DNA of 63,778 nucleotides, the filler included, from Octopus bimaculoides (lineage: Eukaryota): the NCBI RefSeq assembly GCF_001194135.2. It is 5 parts of 5 records of this genome, joined end to end, with 100 filler letters (N's around TTAATTAATTAA, not from the genome) between each part and the next. Parts side by side here need not be neighbours in the genome. Positions count along the whole stretch, not along the records: positions 1 to 21,664 come from NC_068988.1; positions 21,765 to 46,225 come from NC_068991.1; 3 more parts are not named here. One strand, written 5' to 3'. A model generated the notes under the pieces. That model saw nothing but the letters and a program-made list of their open reading frames with translations, was not told the origin of the DNA and did not search any database. The translations under genes were made by a program, and so were the position numbers. Positions 11,148 through 22,598 of this stretch are shown here, piece after piece (position 1 is the first letter of the stretch; each line of letters starts with the position of its first letter).

Positions 11148-11453
11148 ACTGACACAAATTGAATCTCTGACGGACACGCTCCAACCTCTTCTCCACGGGC
11201 GTGCTGTCTCCTTTATATCTTTTCTATTACTATTAGAATGGCCTTTGTTCCTCGTAGCTGACTGGCTTCGTAATTCCTCCACTTAGACACCCGCTTTTCT
11301 CATCTCATCAACCTTATTTGTTTCACTCATGGACTCGCACTAAGCACTAACTCCATCCCTTTTTCCTCAAGAAACCAACCTTCGGGAACTTTCTCTTTGC
11401 TCATGCTTTTCTTGTAGGTTAAGTGGAATATTAAGGGCATCAATCACACTATT

Positions 11454-11790
11454 GTGAAGGCGCATGGCTCACTGGTTAGAGCGTCGAGCCTCCGATCGTG
11501 AGATTGTGAGTTTGATTCCCCGACCAGGCTACATGTTGTGTTCTTGAGCAAGACATTTTATTTCAGGTTGCTCCAGTTAACTCAGCTGTAGAAATGAGTT
11601 GTGACATCACTGGTGCTAAGCTGTATCGGTCTTTGCCTTTCCCTTGGATAACATCAGTGGCGTGAAGAGGAGAGGCTGGTATGCATGGGCAATTGCAGGC
11701 CTTCCACAAACAACCTTGCCTGGATTTGTACCTCGGAAGGTAACGATCTAGGTGCAATCCTATGGTCATTCATCACCGAAGGTGGTCTCC
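11454..11790 (+). mobile_element. tRNA-derived SINE with CORE-like central domain (family D)
   Basis: A box (TGGCTCACTGG), B-box-like GAGTTTGATTCC, then TGTTGTGTTCTTGAGCAAGACA...CTCAGCTGTAGAAATGAG resembling the CORE domain. Confidence 0.7.
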
Positions 11791-12552
11791 TTCTCCTAAT
11801 CACACTATTCTTGGAGGGACTGCAAAGACCCTCGTTTAGCTCCTTTGTCCAGATCCAAGAAATGACAAAATGATGCAATTTATCCAAGGTACGAGTAATT
11901 TCTTTTAGCTTCTATGTGCAAATGCATTTATGAACGAGTGATAAATTTAGTGGATAGGGAAATGAGAATTATTATAGTCGTTCATTCCTTTGAGAAATTC
12001 ATGAACATAATAACCAAGAACTTAATTTCTAAATTCGGTTCACAGAGAGAACTTACAGCTTACTACATAGTGAAACACAACGACAAAAAAAAAAAAAAGA
12101 AAAAAAAAACGACGCTCAGAAACGTAGTACTGAATTGTTGAATCTTGAAGCAGAAAACAAAACAAACAAACAAGCGAAATCTGATTGAATTGAAATATTT
12201 CTATAATTTATTTTATTGACCCTCAAGAGTTGAATGGCGAATGTAGACCTCAATGTAATTCGAAAGCAGGATTAAAGAATTAGACGCCATAAAACATGTC
12301 ATCCATCTGAGTACAAAAGTGAAGCAATTCTCCCAAACAGTGTTAATGAGTGAACAGAAACTATAGATCGCTGAATGTTAAATTACATTCTCTTTATGGG
12401 TTAACGAGGGTTTTAATCCAATGTTTTGTCAGGGTAGCATTTTAAACATGCAACACCAAACAATGTTAGTGTTAAAAGACAACTCATCACACACCGAAAA
12501 AATATAAAAACAAAAACATATCCGGTGGGTGGGGCTGCACGTTCAAGCTTAC

Positions 12553-12609
12553 CTTTTTTATCCATGTCAGTTGACGTTGAGTTGGAATTACTTTCTAATT
12601 CCTCGATTC
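12553..12609 (-). CDS. NOS1AP: Probable NOS1AP linker exon (57 nt, symmetric phase 1)
   Basis: Branch-like TTTAAC, acceptor TTGGATTTATTTTAG| and consensus donor AAG|GTAAGC. Open in the required phase: (R)IEELESNSNSTSTDMDKK. No recognisable homology; support is splice signals plus phase fit. Confidence 0.65.
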
Positions 12610-12712
12610 CTAAAATAAATCCAAGTTGGTTAAATATTGCCAAAATGTGGACACATTCGCACGCACGCATAAATACGCACACAAATGTGTGCGTACACAA
12701 TGGACTGGATAT

Positions 12713-12849
12713 GATGGTGGGAAGAAGCGATATAACCAACGAGAGATGGTGGGAAGAAGCGATATAACCAACGAGAGATGGTGGGAAGAAGCGATATAAC
12801 CAACGAGAGATGGTGGGAAGAAGCGATATAACCAACGAGAGATGGTGGG
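12713..12849. repeat. Perfect 32-bp minisatellite, 4.3 copies
   Basis: GATGGTGGGAAGAAGCGATATAACCAACGAGA starting at 12713, 12745, 12777, 12809 and (partial) 12841. Confidence 0.97.
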
Positions 12850-14086
12850 GTGTGTGTCGAAATTTGACAGAAACTTGGATACTAAATGGAAGAGTAAGCA
12901 ATATGCAGTAAATAAATAAATAAATGGATAAATATTTTTTTTTTATTTCGAGCATCAGGAAAGGAACAAGGGTAAACTTGCCATTAATAAATCACAGACT
13001 ACCAGAACTAGTTTGAAGAAGATTTCTCTTTATGGTGACTGAGGTTAGAGGTTCAGATCGTAACATGTTCACTTACAAATTCCCATCACAACTAGTTTAG
13101 GCTGACCCCACCACCCTTATTCCGCAGCGATGGAGTCAATATCTTTTTTCCCTTTTCTTTGTGTGTGTGTGTATCTATTCAATCTATTCTTTTTTCCCCC
13201 CAAACATTGTGACAAAAACGAAAGTAGAACAATATTTATGAAAATAGCAATTATTAACAAAAGATCAACATGCCATGAATTAATACAATTTGCTCAGCAT
13301 ATTAACACCAACGAGACCCACATCGTTCCATATTAAGACGAAAAAGTCATAAAAAAAATGTCGACGACTCATTTATAACTCCTCATTTCTGTGTTCCCTC
13401 TCATCCCTTCACCATTAGTTTCTTCATTTCCTCCAAACTTCTTTCTCCTGACACCCCCTCTCCGTCATCTTCCCCTATTTCTTATTCTTTATTCTAATAA
13501 CATTTTATTTCTTTACTTTCTTTTCCTTTCTTCCCCCCCCACTCACTCGCTTTTTCTTTCCCTCCATCTAGTTTGCTATATTCGTCTTATTCCCCCCCTC
13601 TATTATACTATTCCATTCTTATGTTTTCTTTCATCTTTATCTCATTCTAACTTTTCTTTATTTTCCGTCTTTCTTTCTTTTTTGCTGACTTGAGCCCCTG
13701 TTTCATTTTCATTTATATTATTTATTTTTCTATTTTCCATTGTTTTGTTCTTTATTATTTTTTCATATCGTTCCTTCCCCTCACCCCATTCACCAACTTT
13801 TCTCAAGAATCATGCAAAATATCATTCTTTCCAATAGCATTTTCTATTGTGAAACGCTAGGTGTAACTAAGGCTGGAATCGAACCTTGCATATTTGAAAC
13901 CTGGCATATATGCTTATTCAGCTTTATCCGAATGCTTAGGCTCTCCTTAAAATAGCATGCACAGACACAAACATGTAGATTCATATACTATATATATATA
14001 TATACACACAATATGAACATATAGAGAATAATCCTTTAACAGACATGCATCCATAAGTATTTAGATTTAAGTTTCTTCATACTCAC

Positions 14087-14237
14087 GTTTTGACAGTGAC
14101 TTCTCGTTGTCATCAACCGATATAGTACTGTTTCCATCATCAGGTGTTCCCCCATTCAAGGGACTCTGTACAACACTTAATTTGTGGCACACTTCAAACG
14201 CTTGACCGATTGTTCGGACAATTCTCATCGCTTGACT
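14087..14237 (-). CDS. NOS1AP: NOS1AP/CAPON coding exon, PTB C-terminal helix plus linker (151 nt, phase 0 to 1)
   Basis: Acceptor TTTTATTATTTTGACAG| and donor AAC|GTGAGT. Translation SQAMRIVRTIGQAFEVCHKLSVVQSPLNGGTPDDGNSTISVDDNEKSLSK; SQAMRIVRT[IV]GQAFEVCHKL is the NOS1AP PTB terminal helix. In frame with the upstream exon across a 6017-nt intron. Confidence 0.93.
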
Positions 14238-15028
14238 CTGTCAAAATAATAAAATCCATTATATATATATATATATATATATNNNNNNNNNNNNNNNNNN
14301 NNNNNNNNNNNNNNNNNNNNNNNNNNNNNNNNNNNNNNNNNNNNNNNNNNNNNNNNNNNNNNNNNNNNNNNNNNNNNNNNNNNNNNNNNNNNNNNNNNNN
14401 NNNNNNNNNNNNNNNNNNNNNNNNNNNNNNNNNNNNNNNNNNNNNNNNNNNNNNNNNNNNNNNNNNNNNNNNNNNNNNNNNNNNNNNNNNNNNNNNNNNN
14501 NNNNNNNNNNNNNNNNNNNNNNNNNNNNNNNNNNNNNNNNNNNNNNNNNNNNNNNNNNNNNNNNNNNNNNNNNNNNNNNNNNNNNNNNNNNNNNNNNNNN
14601 NNNNNNNNNNNNNNNNNNNNNNNNNNNNNNNNNNNNNNNNNNNNNNNNNNNNNNNNNNNNNNNNNNNNNNNNNNNNNNNNNNNNNNNNNNNNNNNNNNNN
14701 NNNNNNNNNNNNNNNNNNNNNNNNNNNNNNNNNNNNNNNNNNNNNNNNNNNNNNNNNNNNNNNNNNNNNNNNNNNNNNNNNNNNNNNNNNNNNNNNNNNN
14801 NNNNNNNNNNNNNNNNNNNNNNNNNNNNNNNNNNNNNNNNNNNNNNNNNNNNNNNNNNNNNNNNNNNNNNNNNNNNNNNNNNNNNNNNNNNNNNNNNNNN
14901 NNNNNNNNNNNNNNNNNNNNNNNNNNNNNNNNNNNNNNNNNNNNNNNNNNNNNNNNNNNNNNNNNNNNNNNNNNNNNNNNNNNNNNNNNNNNNNNNNNNN
15001 NNNNNNNNNNNNNNNNNNNNNNNNTATG

Positions 15029-15059
<31 letters not shown>

Positions 15060-15231
15060 GTGGCAGCTGATGAAGGAAACGTTCTCTATGTGGCCTGTGT
15101 GTTTTCTGTACCTTGTTTATCATTTTGTCCATGTTTTTTTGCAAGTCATATACCCAGATATGCATCTATATATACGTGTAGATGAAGGTATGTACATACA
15201 TGTACATATATATGCATATACTCATATATAT

Positions 15232-15845
15232 TGCATAAAAGATCGTGGGTAAGGCCAAAACAATGCGAAGTAAATGCAAAGTAAATCACAAGAGATCAAA
15301 TATGTGAATTAATGTAGACTGACCTTGTATTCAATATTTCGGGGTTATGACCCCATGTTCAAGAAATTGACGAATGTTACCGATGTGCGTGTGTGTGAGC
15401 GTGTGTGGAGTGAACGTGAGCAGAAGGATGTTGCTATAGCAGCCAGCTAGCTTCCTGTAACTCCCTTCTATTATTGATCTTGGGTTTATTTTGGTGTATG
15501 AGGATAGCCTAGCCTCAGAGATTCTAAGGTTGCCCCTGTTCAACAGTGTTGCCTTGATGTGCAACCTTAGAATCTCTGAGGCTATCCTCATACACCAAAA
15601 GAAACCCAACATCAATAATAGAAGGGAGTTACAGGAAGCTAGCTGGTTGCTATAGCAACACCCTTCTGCGCATGTCGACTCCACACACGCACATTGGCAA
15701 TATTCATCAATTTCTTGAAAATGGGGTCATAACCCCGAAATATTGAATACAAGGTAAGTCTACATTAATTCATATATTTGTTTTCTTGTGATTTACCTTG
15801 CATTTACTTCGCATTGTTTTGGCTTTACACACGATCTTTTATACA
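15232..15845. mobile_element. Fold-back MITE-like element (TG...CA ends, ATATAT duplication; possibly Ginger-type)
   Basis: Arms 15232-15533 and 15561-15845 are inverted copies around a 27-nt loop. Ends TG/CA; ATATAT at 15226-31 and 15846-51. The superfamily assignment is inference. Confidence 0.75.
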
Positions 15846-15874
15846 ATATATTCTACACAATGCTTCATAGTAAT

Positions 15875-15929
<55 letters not shown>

Positions 15930-16234
15930 TAAGGAGCTAAAATACTGGAGATTCAGGAAACAGCACGTAGTAAAATTATGAGTTGAAAATATGTAAAGAA
16001 AGATGAATATAAATGCCTTCGTTTCACATAGTTTAATATTTTTTTGTATAAATATATACATATTATATGAGTCTTGTAAAATCCAACCGGTTTTCGCTAT
16101 TTAAATTAGCTTTTCAAGGGGCATTGTATAGTGATTAATTCGCATGATGAAGGAGTTTCGCCATCTTGGCTGTTTGAAAAATAAGAAAAGGTTTAGAGAG
16201 TGAACCAAGGGAGGTAATGGGTGTCAAGGGGGAT

Positions 16235-16307
<73 letters not shown>

Positions 16308-18352
16308 TGTATATCGTAATTAAAAGAACGCTAGTTTTGTAAAAACTTTTATTAGCTTGCAGTTCTTTCTGTTATAAGAGCCTTGCAGTCAGAGCTAATC
16401 ACTTCTGCAACGTCATATAGTTTCCTTGGAGCCTTTTCAATGAAATGTAAGTTGCGGAAAGCGTTTAAATATTCACTTGGTGGTTTGCTCTTTTACTCTG
16501 AAGCATTAAGTATAATAAGTTCTAACAACCGATTATTAATATCACTATACTTAGAGAATTCGTGGTATATATATTTAAATGTACATTCAGACATATATGC
16601 ACGCATACATACATACAAACAAATTCACGGATATATAAGCATGTATAAAACCGATCTTAAAACAATATTTTAGCTGTCAGTCCGAGAAAAAAACAGTTTT
16701 GTTTTTAAACAAAATAGAAAAATACAAATAACGTATGAGCAAGCAAGATGTGGCAAGAAAATTCTTTGCACACAACGACCAAACGACCACTAGAATATTT
16801 AATGTAAAATCGAAGAAAACCTGTGAAAGTTGGCTTGCCGTTGACAAATAATCCAAGATGTACAATCCACCGTAGTTCTCAACTCAAAACTTCATTCAAC
16901 AAACGTATCTACTACTAAGCCTCTATTACGACCACAACGTACATAACCATCTCTTCTTGACGAATGACTTGTAGCTGGAAACATCGTACCTTTCTCTTCG
17001 CGTTAACTGCCACATTTCCTCTGAAGTTCTAATCCTTATTCCGCCAACATATTTCTTTCTGTCTTTATTTTTCAATCTTCATACCTAATTCCATTCTTCC
17101 TTTGCAACACAATTCTCTACTTGTCACAGCACTCTTTCACACTTGCTCACTCTCCCCACATTTTCTTTTACATCTTCTATTTCTTTTCATTCTTTCCACA
17201 GTTACCCCCCAACCACTCTCTTGCCCAAACAATGGCTGATGAATATATAAATTAGATAAACTGTCTCCTGTTTCACAAATGCCTCCGTTTTAAGTTTATC
17301 CCGCAAACTGAAGATTAACGAATCAAATTATTGTATTTTGTAATTACATATTGTTGAACAGCACGACCATGTCGTTACTATTGTCTCCTGCTGCAGTCCC
17401 AATATACAATGACAATAACAATTACAATTACAAAGACACCATACTCCCCAATACCGCCACAACCACGACAGCGACCACCATCACCTCTACAACGATGACA
17501 ACGGCTACGATCACTGTCACCAGCACCACCACCACCACTGCCGTCACCAGCACCGTCGCCAACAATGATATTTGGCTTGAGAAGAGAAAGGATGATGGAA
17601 ATACTGCGAGGAGAATGAGAAGAGAAATAGTGAGACAGATAGGTAAAGAGATAGATAGACAGACAGATAAATAGATAGATCAAGACTGATATATATATAT
17701 ACATATATATATATACATGTATATATATACGTACATATATATACACACATACACACATATATATATATATAAAAAATTATATATTTAATATTATATATAC
17801 ATATATATATATGTATGTATGTATATATATATANNNNNNNNNNNNNNNNNNNNNNNNNNNNNNNNNNNNNNNNNNNNNNNNNNNNNNNNNNNNNNNNNNN
17901 NNNNNNNNNNNNNNNNNNNNNNNNNNNNNNNNNNNNNNNNNNNNNNNNNNNNNNNNNNNNNNNNNNNNNNNNNNNNNNNNNNNNNNNNNNNNNNNNNNNN
18001 NNNNNNNNNNNNNNNNNNNNNNNNNNNNNNNNNNNNNNNNNNNNNNNNNNNNNNNNNNNNNNNNNNNNNNNNNNNNNNNNNNNNNNNNNNNNNNNNNNNN
18101 NNNNNNNNNNNNNNNNNNNNNNNNNNNNNNNNNNNNNNNNNNNNNNNNNNNNNNNNNNNNNNNNNNNNNNNNNNNNNNNNNNNNNNNNNNNNNNNNNNNN
18201 NNNNNNNNNNNNNNNNNNNNNNNNNNNNNNNNNNNNNNNNNNNNNNNNNNNNNNNNNNNNNNNNNNNNNNNNNNNNNNNNNNNNNNNNNNNNNNNNNNNN
18301 NNNNNNNNNNNNNNNNNNNNNNNNNNNNNNNNNNNNNNNNNNNNNNNNNNNN

Positions 18353-18505
18353 GGTTGGCGTTAGGAAGGGCATCCAGCTGTAGAAACTCTGCCAAATCAG
18401 ACTGGAGCCTGGTGTTGCCATCCGGTTTCACCAGTCCTCAGTCAAATCGTCCAACCCATGCTAGCATGGAAAGCGGACGTTAAACGATGATGATGATGAT
18501 GATGA

Positions 18506-18508
<3 letters not shown>
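18353..18508 (+). mobile_element. 3' end of SINE-like family B with (GAT)n tail (RTE-type tail inferred)
   Basis: Near-identical to 52594-52752; contains the palindrome CCATGCTAGCATGG. Confidence 0.8.
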
Positions 18509-18540
<32 letters not shown>

Positions 18541-19178
18541 TAGATAGATAGATGGATAGATTGGGAGAGAAAGTGGGGGGCGTTGACTAGGAGAATAAGT
18601 GCGTGATAAGGTAATGAGAGGGCGGGAAGGAAAGAGACAGAAAGGAAAGCGAGTGTAAAATAATGTCAAGCCAAAGTTCTGTTGATATTACTTAAATGAA
18701 ACCGGTTTGATTTAATTAGGTTTTCAAACATAGTATAAGAGTATTTTTATTTTTTTCTGCGTGTGTGTTTGTGCTTAATGCTTCTTTTTTATGTCCGTTT
18801 TGCAGAAAAAATATTTTATGGAAGCTAATTAAATAAAAACAATATGTGACGTTACCACAGCTATTGTAGTTAACTCATCTCAAAAAGTGGGTAAACTAGA
18901 TTGGCCTCTGTTTTGAATTTTAAAGAACGACAGTTTGATTGTTTCGAAAACAATGTATAGACATATAAACTCTATCTCTCACACATATATACACGTATTT
19001 AAACACACATGTGTACACACACACACATGTAAGTAGATAAATTTACGCAATGTGTACGTGTATACACTAACAAATACACATACAAACATATGCACATGTC
19101 TAAAGCTGGTTATAAAGTGAATAGTGTTATAACCAAAATGGCGACGCTCATGATAGTCGGATTTTTATAGCGGTAGTG

Positions 19179-19280
19179 GTAGTAAAAATGGTAGTAGTAA
19201 TAGTAACAGAGGTGGTGGCGGTGGCAGGGGTAGTAAAAATGGTAGTAGTAATAGTAACAGAGGTGGTGGCGGTGGCAGGG

Positions 19281-19314
<34 letters not shown>

Positions 19315-19320
19315 CTGTGA
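19179..19320. repeat. 51-bp tandem duplication followed by (GTA)n
   Basis: Unit starts at 19179 and 19230. Confidence 0.92.
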
Positions 19321-19453
19321 TGTATAGAGAATGGAAAAATAGCTTTCTCGTACACACGCGCTCTTTCTCTCTTTTTAACTTTCAAATTGATTATATTCCA
19401 TTCGACCTATTGAGTACGTTTTTAAATTGTTTCATCAGTATGAAACTGTTCAG

Positions 19454-19511
<58 letters not shown>

Positions 19512-19525
19512 GTGTGTATATAGAC

Positions 19526-19720
19526 CAGGGGAGTATATGCCGGGTGTGATAGGTGTGCGCTGCACACCCGTCGAAAATGGCAAATTTATTATAAATATTA
19601 ACTTTACTCATTAATTTAATCTCAAATCTTAATGGAAAACTTTTGTTATAACCCTCCTTGAAACTTGTTGGCATTGGGTGTGGCAGCACAAACAAATACA
19701 ACAATCCCAATACGCCACTG
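19526..19720. mobile_element. Possible hAT-type MITE
   Basis: Ends CAGGGGAGTA / TACGCCACTG (imperfect CAGTGGCGTA TIR). Flanking 8-mers ATATAGAC and ATTTAGCT match at 5 of 8 positions. Confidence 0.4.
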
Positions 19721-20254
19721 ATTTAGCTATACATATACATGTATATATATGTACACATGTATACGCGCACAATATACACACACACACACACACATATCTT
19801 GTGCGTAGTTAGATGTACGACTACTACTGTCTGAGTTAGAGCTCCACATAAATTATCATTAACCAACTCAGCTACCAGTATAGTGGATAGTATACCACTG
19901 TACATAGCAGTGTTACTAGTTATCATATACAGAGCGGGGGAAAATTATGATAAACTATGATAGGTCATTAGTTCTTACGTACGTTTCATCATTGCAATTA
20001 TTTGGAGCTCAATATTGAACGTTCCAAATGCATTTGGACACCTAACCGCAATGGTTCATCAGGAAAACAATGATAATTTGCACTTGTGTTTATCTTAATT
20101 TTTTTCCCTGTGTGTGTACGTGTGTGTGTGTGCGCGCGCATATGTTTATGCGTCTGTTTGTATGTTCAGTGAAACAGAGAGATGGCCAGAAAGAGAAACG
20201 CAGAAGCAAAGAGAGAAAAAATAAATATCATCGTACTAAAGAGAATTCGTTTAC

Positions 20255-20363
20255 CTTTTTGTATGCCTTGAATACGTTACACTTGAAGACATTGGTAGGA
20301 CCGTCTCTTGCAATGTAGCTCCAAATTTTCAAGTCTTGAGAGTCATGGGAAACATAAAAGATC
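20255..20363 (-). CDS. NOS1AP: NOS1AP/CAPON coding exon, PTB/PID domain (109 nt, phase 2 to 0)
   Basis: Acceptor (T)n-CTTTTAG| at 20364-65 and donor AAG|GTAAAC. Translation (R)[36 protein letters not shown] closely matches, from recall, vertebrate NOS1[38 protein letters not shown]. Confidence 0.93.
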
Positions 20364-20509
20364 CTAAAAGAAAAAAAAAAAATTTTTAAATATTACATTG
20401 CCGATCTGTTAGTTCGTAAATTTTGGTCTTGGATGTGGAACTTATTTGGTCGTATTTATTAACCGTGGGAAACTTCTACACTTTTCCAACGTTTAAGTCA
20501 AATAAATAT

Positions 20510-20715
20510 GAAGACATGTGGCCCAGTGGTTAGAGTGTTGCACTCAAGTTCATAAGATCATGGTTTTGATTTCCAGACTGGGCGGTGTGTTGTGTTCTTG
20601 ACTAAAACGCTTTATTTCTCGTTGCCTTAGTCCAGTCAGTGGTAAATGAGTAACCCTGGCGACGGAGTACCACCCAGTTCAGAGAGAATTCTGTAATCTC
20701 GGTTACTTATAGGTC
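20510..20715 (+). mobile_element. tRNA/CORE-like SINE (family D relative)
   Basis: TGGCCCAGTGGTTAG head and TGTTGTGTTCTTGACTAAAAC CORE-like block; tail differs from the 11454 copy. Confidence 0.6.
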
Positions 20716-21214
20716 ATGAAATCCTAGGGCACGATGCAGTAATGTCCAGGGTACTCACATTTGAAATGAAGGTAAGATAACTTCTGAGCTGTGGGCCTCT
20801 ACTGAGGCAGAAACACGTAGCTACAGCAGTCCTCATCTTCATAAAAAAAACACAAAAATCCTGTCTTTTCCATAATGGCATGTCAACTACGGAGAAAGCT
20901 TGATTTTTGAGATTACCTCCCCTACTCATTTGGAATCTGTCGCAATTGTGATAAGCGTTTGTTTAACGTCCCTTTTAGCAAGGATAATTTGAATAAGCCA
21001 AGAATTTATATTGCATGACATTTAATATACTTTTATTCGTGTTTCTTAACCAAATCCATGGCATTGGTCACAATGAGTTATTTTTCTTCTTTCTTACCTC
21101 ATTTAGTTCTACACACACACGCACACATATATGCATATATACCTACGTACATATATGTATTTATACATATCCGTATGTATCTGTATGTATGTTTGTATAC
21201 ATACATACATACAA

Positions 21215-21288
<74 letters not shown>

Positions 21289-21508
21289 CTTTGACTATTA
21301 TTTCATAGTGGAACTTAACTGAGATTATTTGACAATTATGTGGTTTTAAAGGGCATTAGCAGTGTGATATGAATGGGCTGGAAATCGCATGGCTGATTAC
21401 TCGCTCTTGCGCTACGTTGGTTACCATCTTTGCAGCAGATATTAAGCGGAGAAAACTATAATTCACGCCTTACATACACCGTGCTGCTCTTACAAAATCG
21501 TCAAATGT

Positions 21509-21557
<49 letters not shown>

Positions 21558-21664
21558 ATTTATATATGTATGTATGCATATATATGTATGTGTGTATGTA
21601 TATATATATATATGCATATATATAGATAGATATAGGTATGCATATATATATATGCATATGTATA

Positions 21665-21764
21665 NNNNNNNNNNNNNNNNNNNNNNNNNNNNNNNNNNNN
21701 NNNNNNNNTTAATTAATTAANNNNNNNNNNNNNNNNNNNNNNNNNNNNNNNNNNNNNNNNNNNN
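21665..21764. other. Artificial contig-join linker N44-TTAATTAATTAA-N44 (also 46226-46325, 60279-60378, 62575-62674)
   Basis: Identical 100-nt construct four times, with a 12-mer giving stops in all six frames: an assembly artefact marking joins of unknown size. Confidence 0.95.
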
Positions 21765-21810
<46 letters not shown>

Positions 21811-22328
21811 ACACATACATTCTCAATTTTATATATATATAGATATTGAAACTGGTTATTTTTAGTGGTTTGCTATTTTCTATTATTTGTTCATGAAAGA
21901 GGCGTGGTTTTAATTTGAGTTTTTGCTTCATTTTTATTGAGTTACAACTTCTTATATTAACTCTCTTTGTTTGTATGCTTTTAATCATGTTTGTTTTGGT
22001 GTGTAAAGTATTGTTATTGCAAATATTGTCACGGTAGAATAAGTTTGTTGGTGTGAATTTTGTTTTGGTCAAGGTTACGGTATTTTTAAGATAAATGAAA
22101 TAAAACAATAAAACAAATACAAAGGAATAAACACCAAGCCACAAAGAATGCCAAATTAAGGGACACAAAACAGTAGCCAATGAACAATATATCATCCAAG
22201 TGAGTTGTAGCTTGAAGATCAGGTACCGGGAAAATCTAGGCATGAGCTAAATGTTTAGTTTCTATAAATAAGGAACACTAGATGTATTGAAAATACCTTA
22301 TTCGTTCGACACACTTCAGCGTTTGTGC

Positions 22329-22360
<32 letters not shown>

Positions 22361-22416
22361 TATCTGTCTGTCTGTCTGCCTGTCTATCTGTCTGTCTGCC
22401 TGCCTGACTGCCTGCC

Positions 22417-22451
<35 letters not shown>

Positions 22452-22556
22452 GTCTGTGAGAATTGGCTTTGGGGTTAAAAATGTCTTAAATCGAATTTTT
22501 GTATATTTCTACTTACGTGTAAGTAATTCACTTGTCGCTAAATATATAAATGTGTG

Positions 22557-22598
<42 letters not shown>

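Noticed and set aside
12713-12849. 32-bp repeat as a CRISPR array
   Set aside because: The units abut with no spacers, in a eukaryotic intron.
15058-15100. CTGATGAAG-GAAAC-GTT as a hammerhead ribozyme
   Set aside because: No stem II and no convincing stem I; at most a remnant.
21709-21720. TTAATTAATTAA as a biological motif (four occurrences)
   Set aside because: Always centred in exactly 44+44 Ns; an assembly linker.
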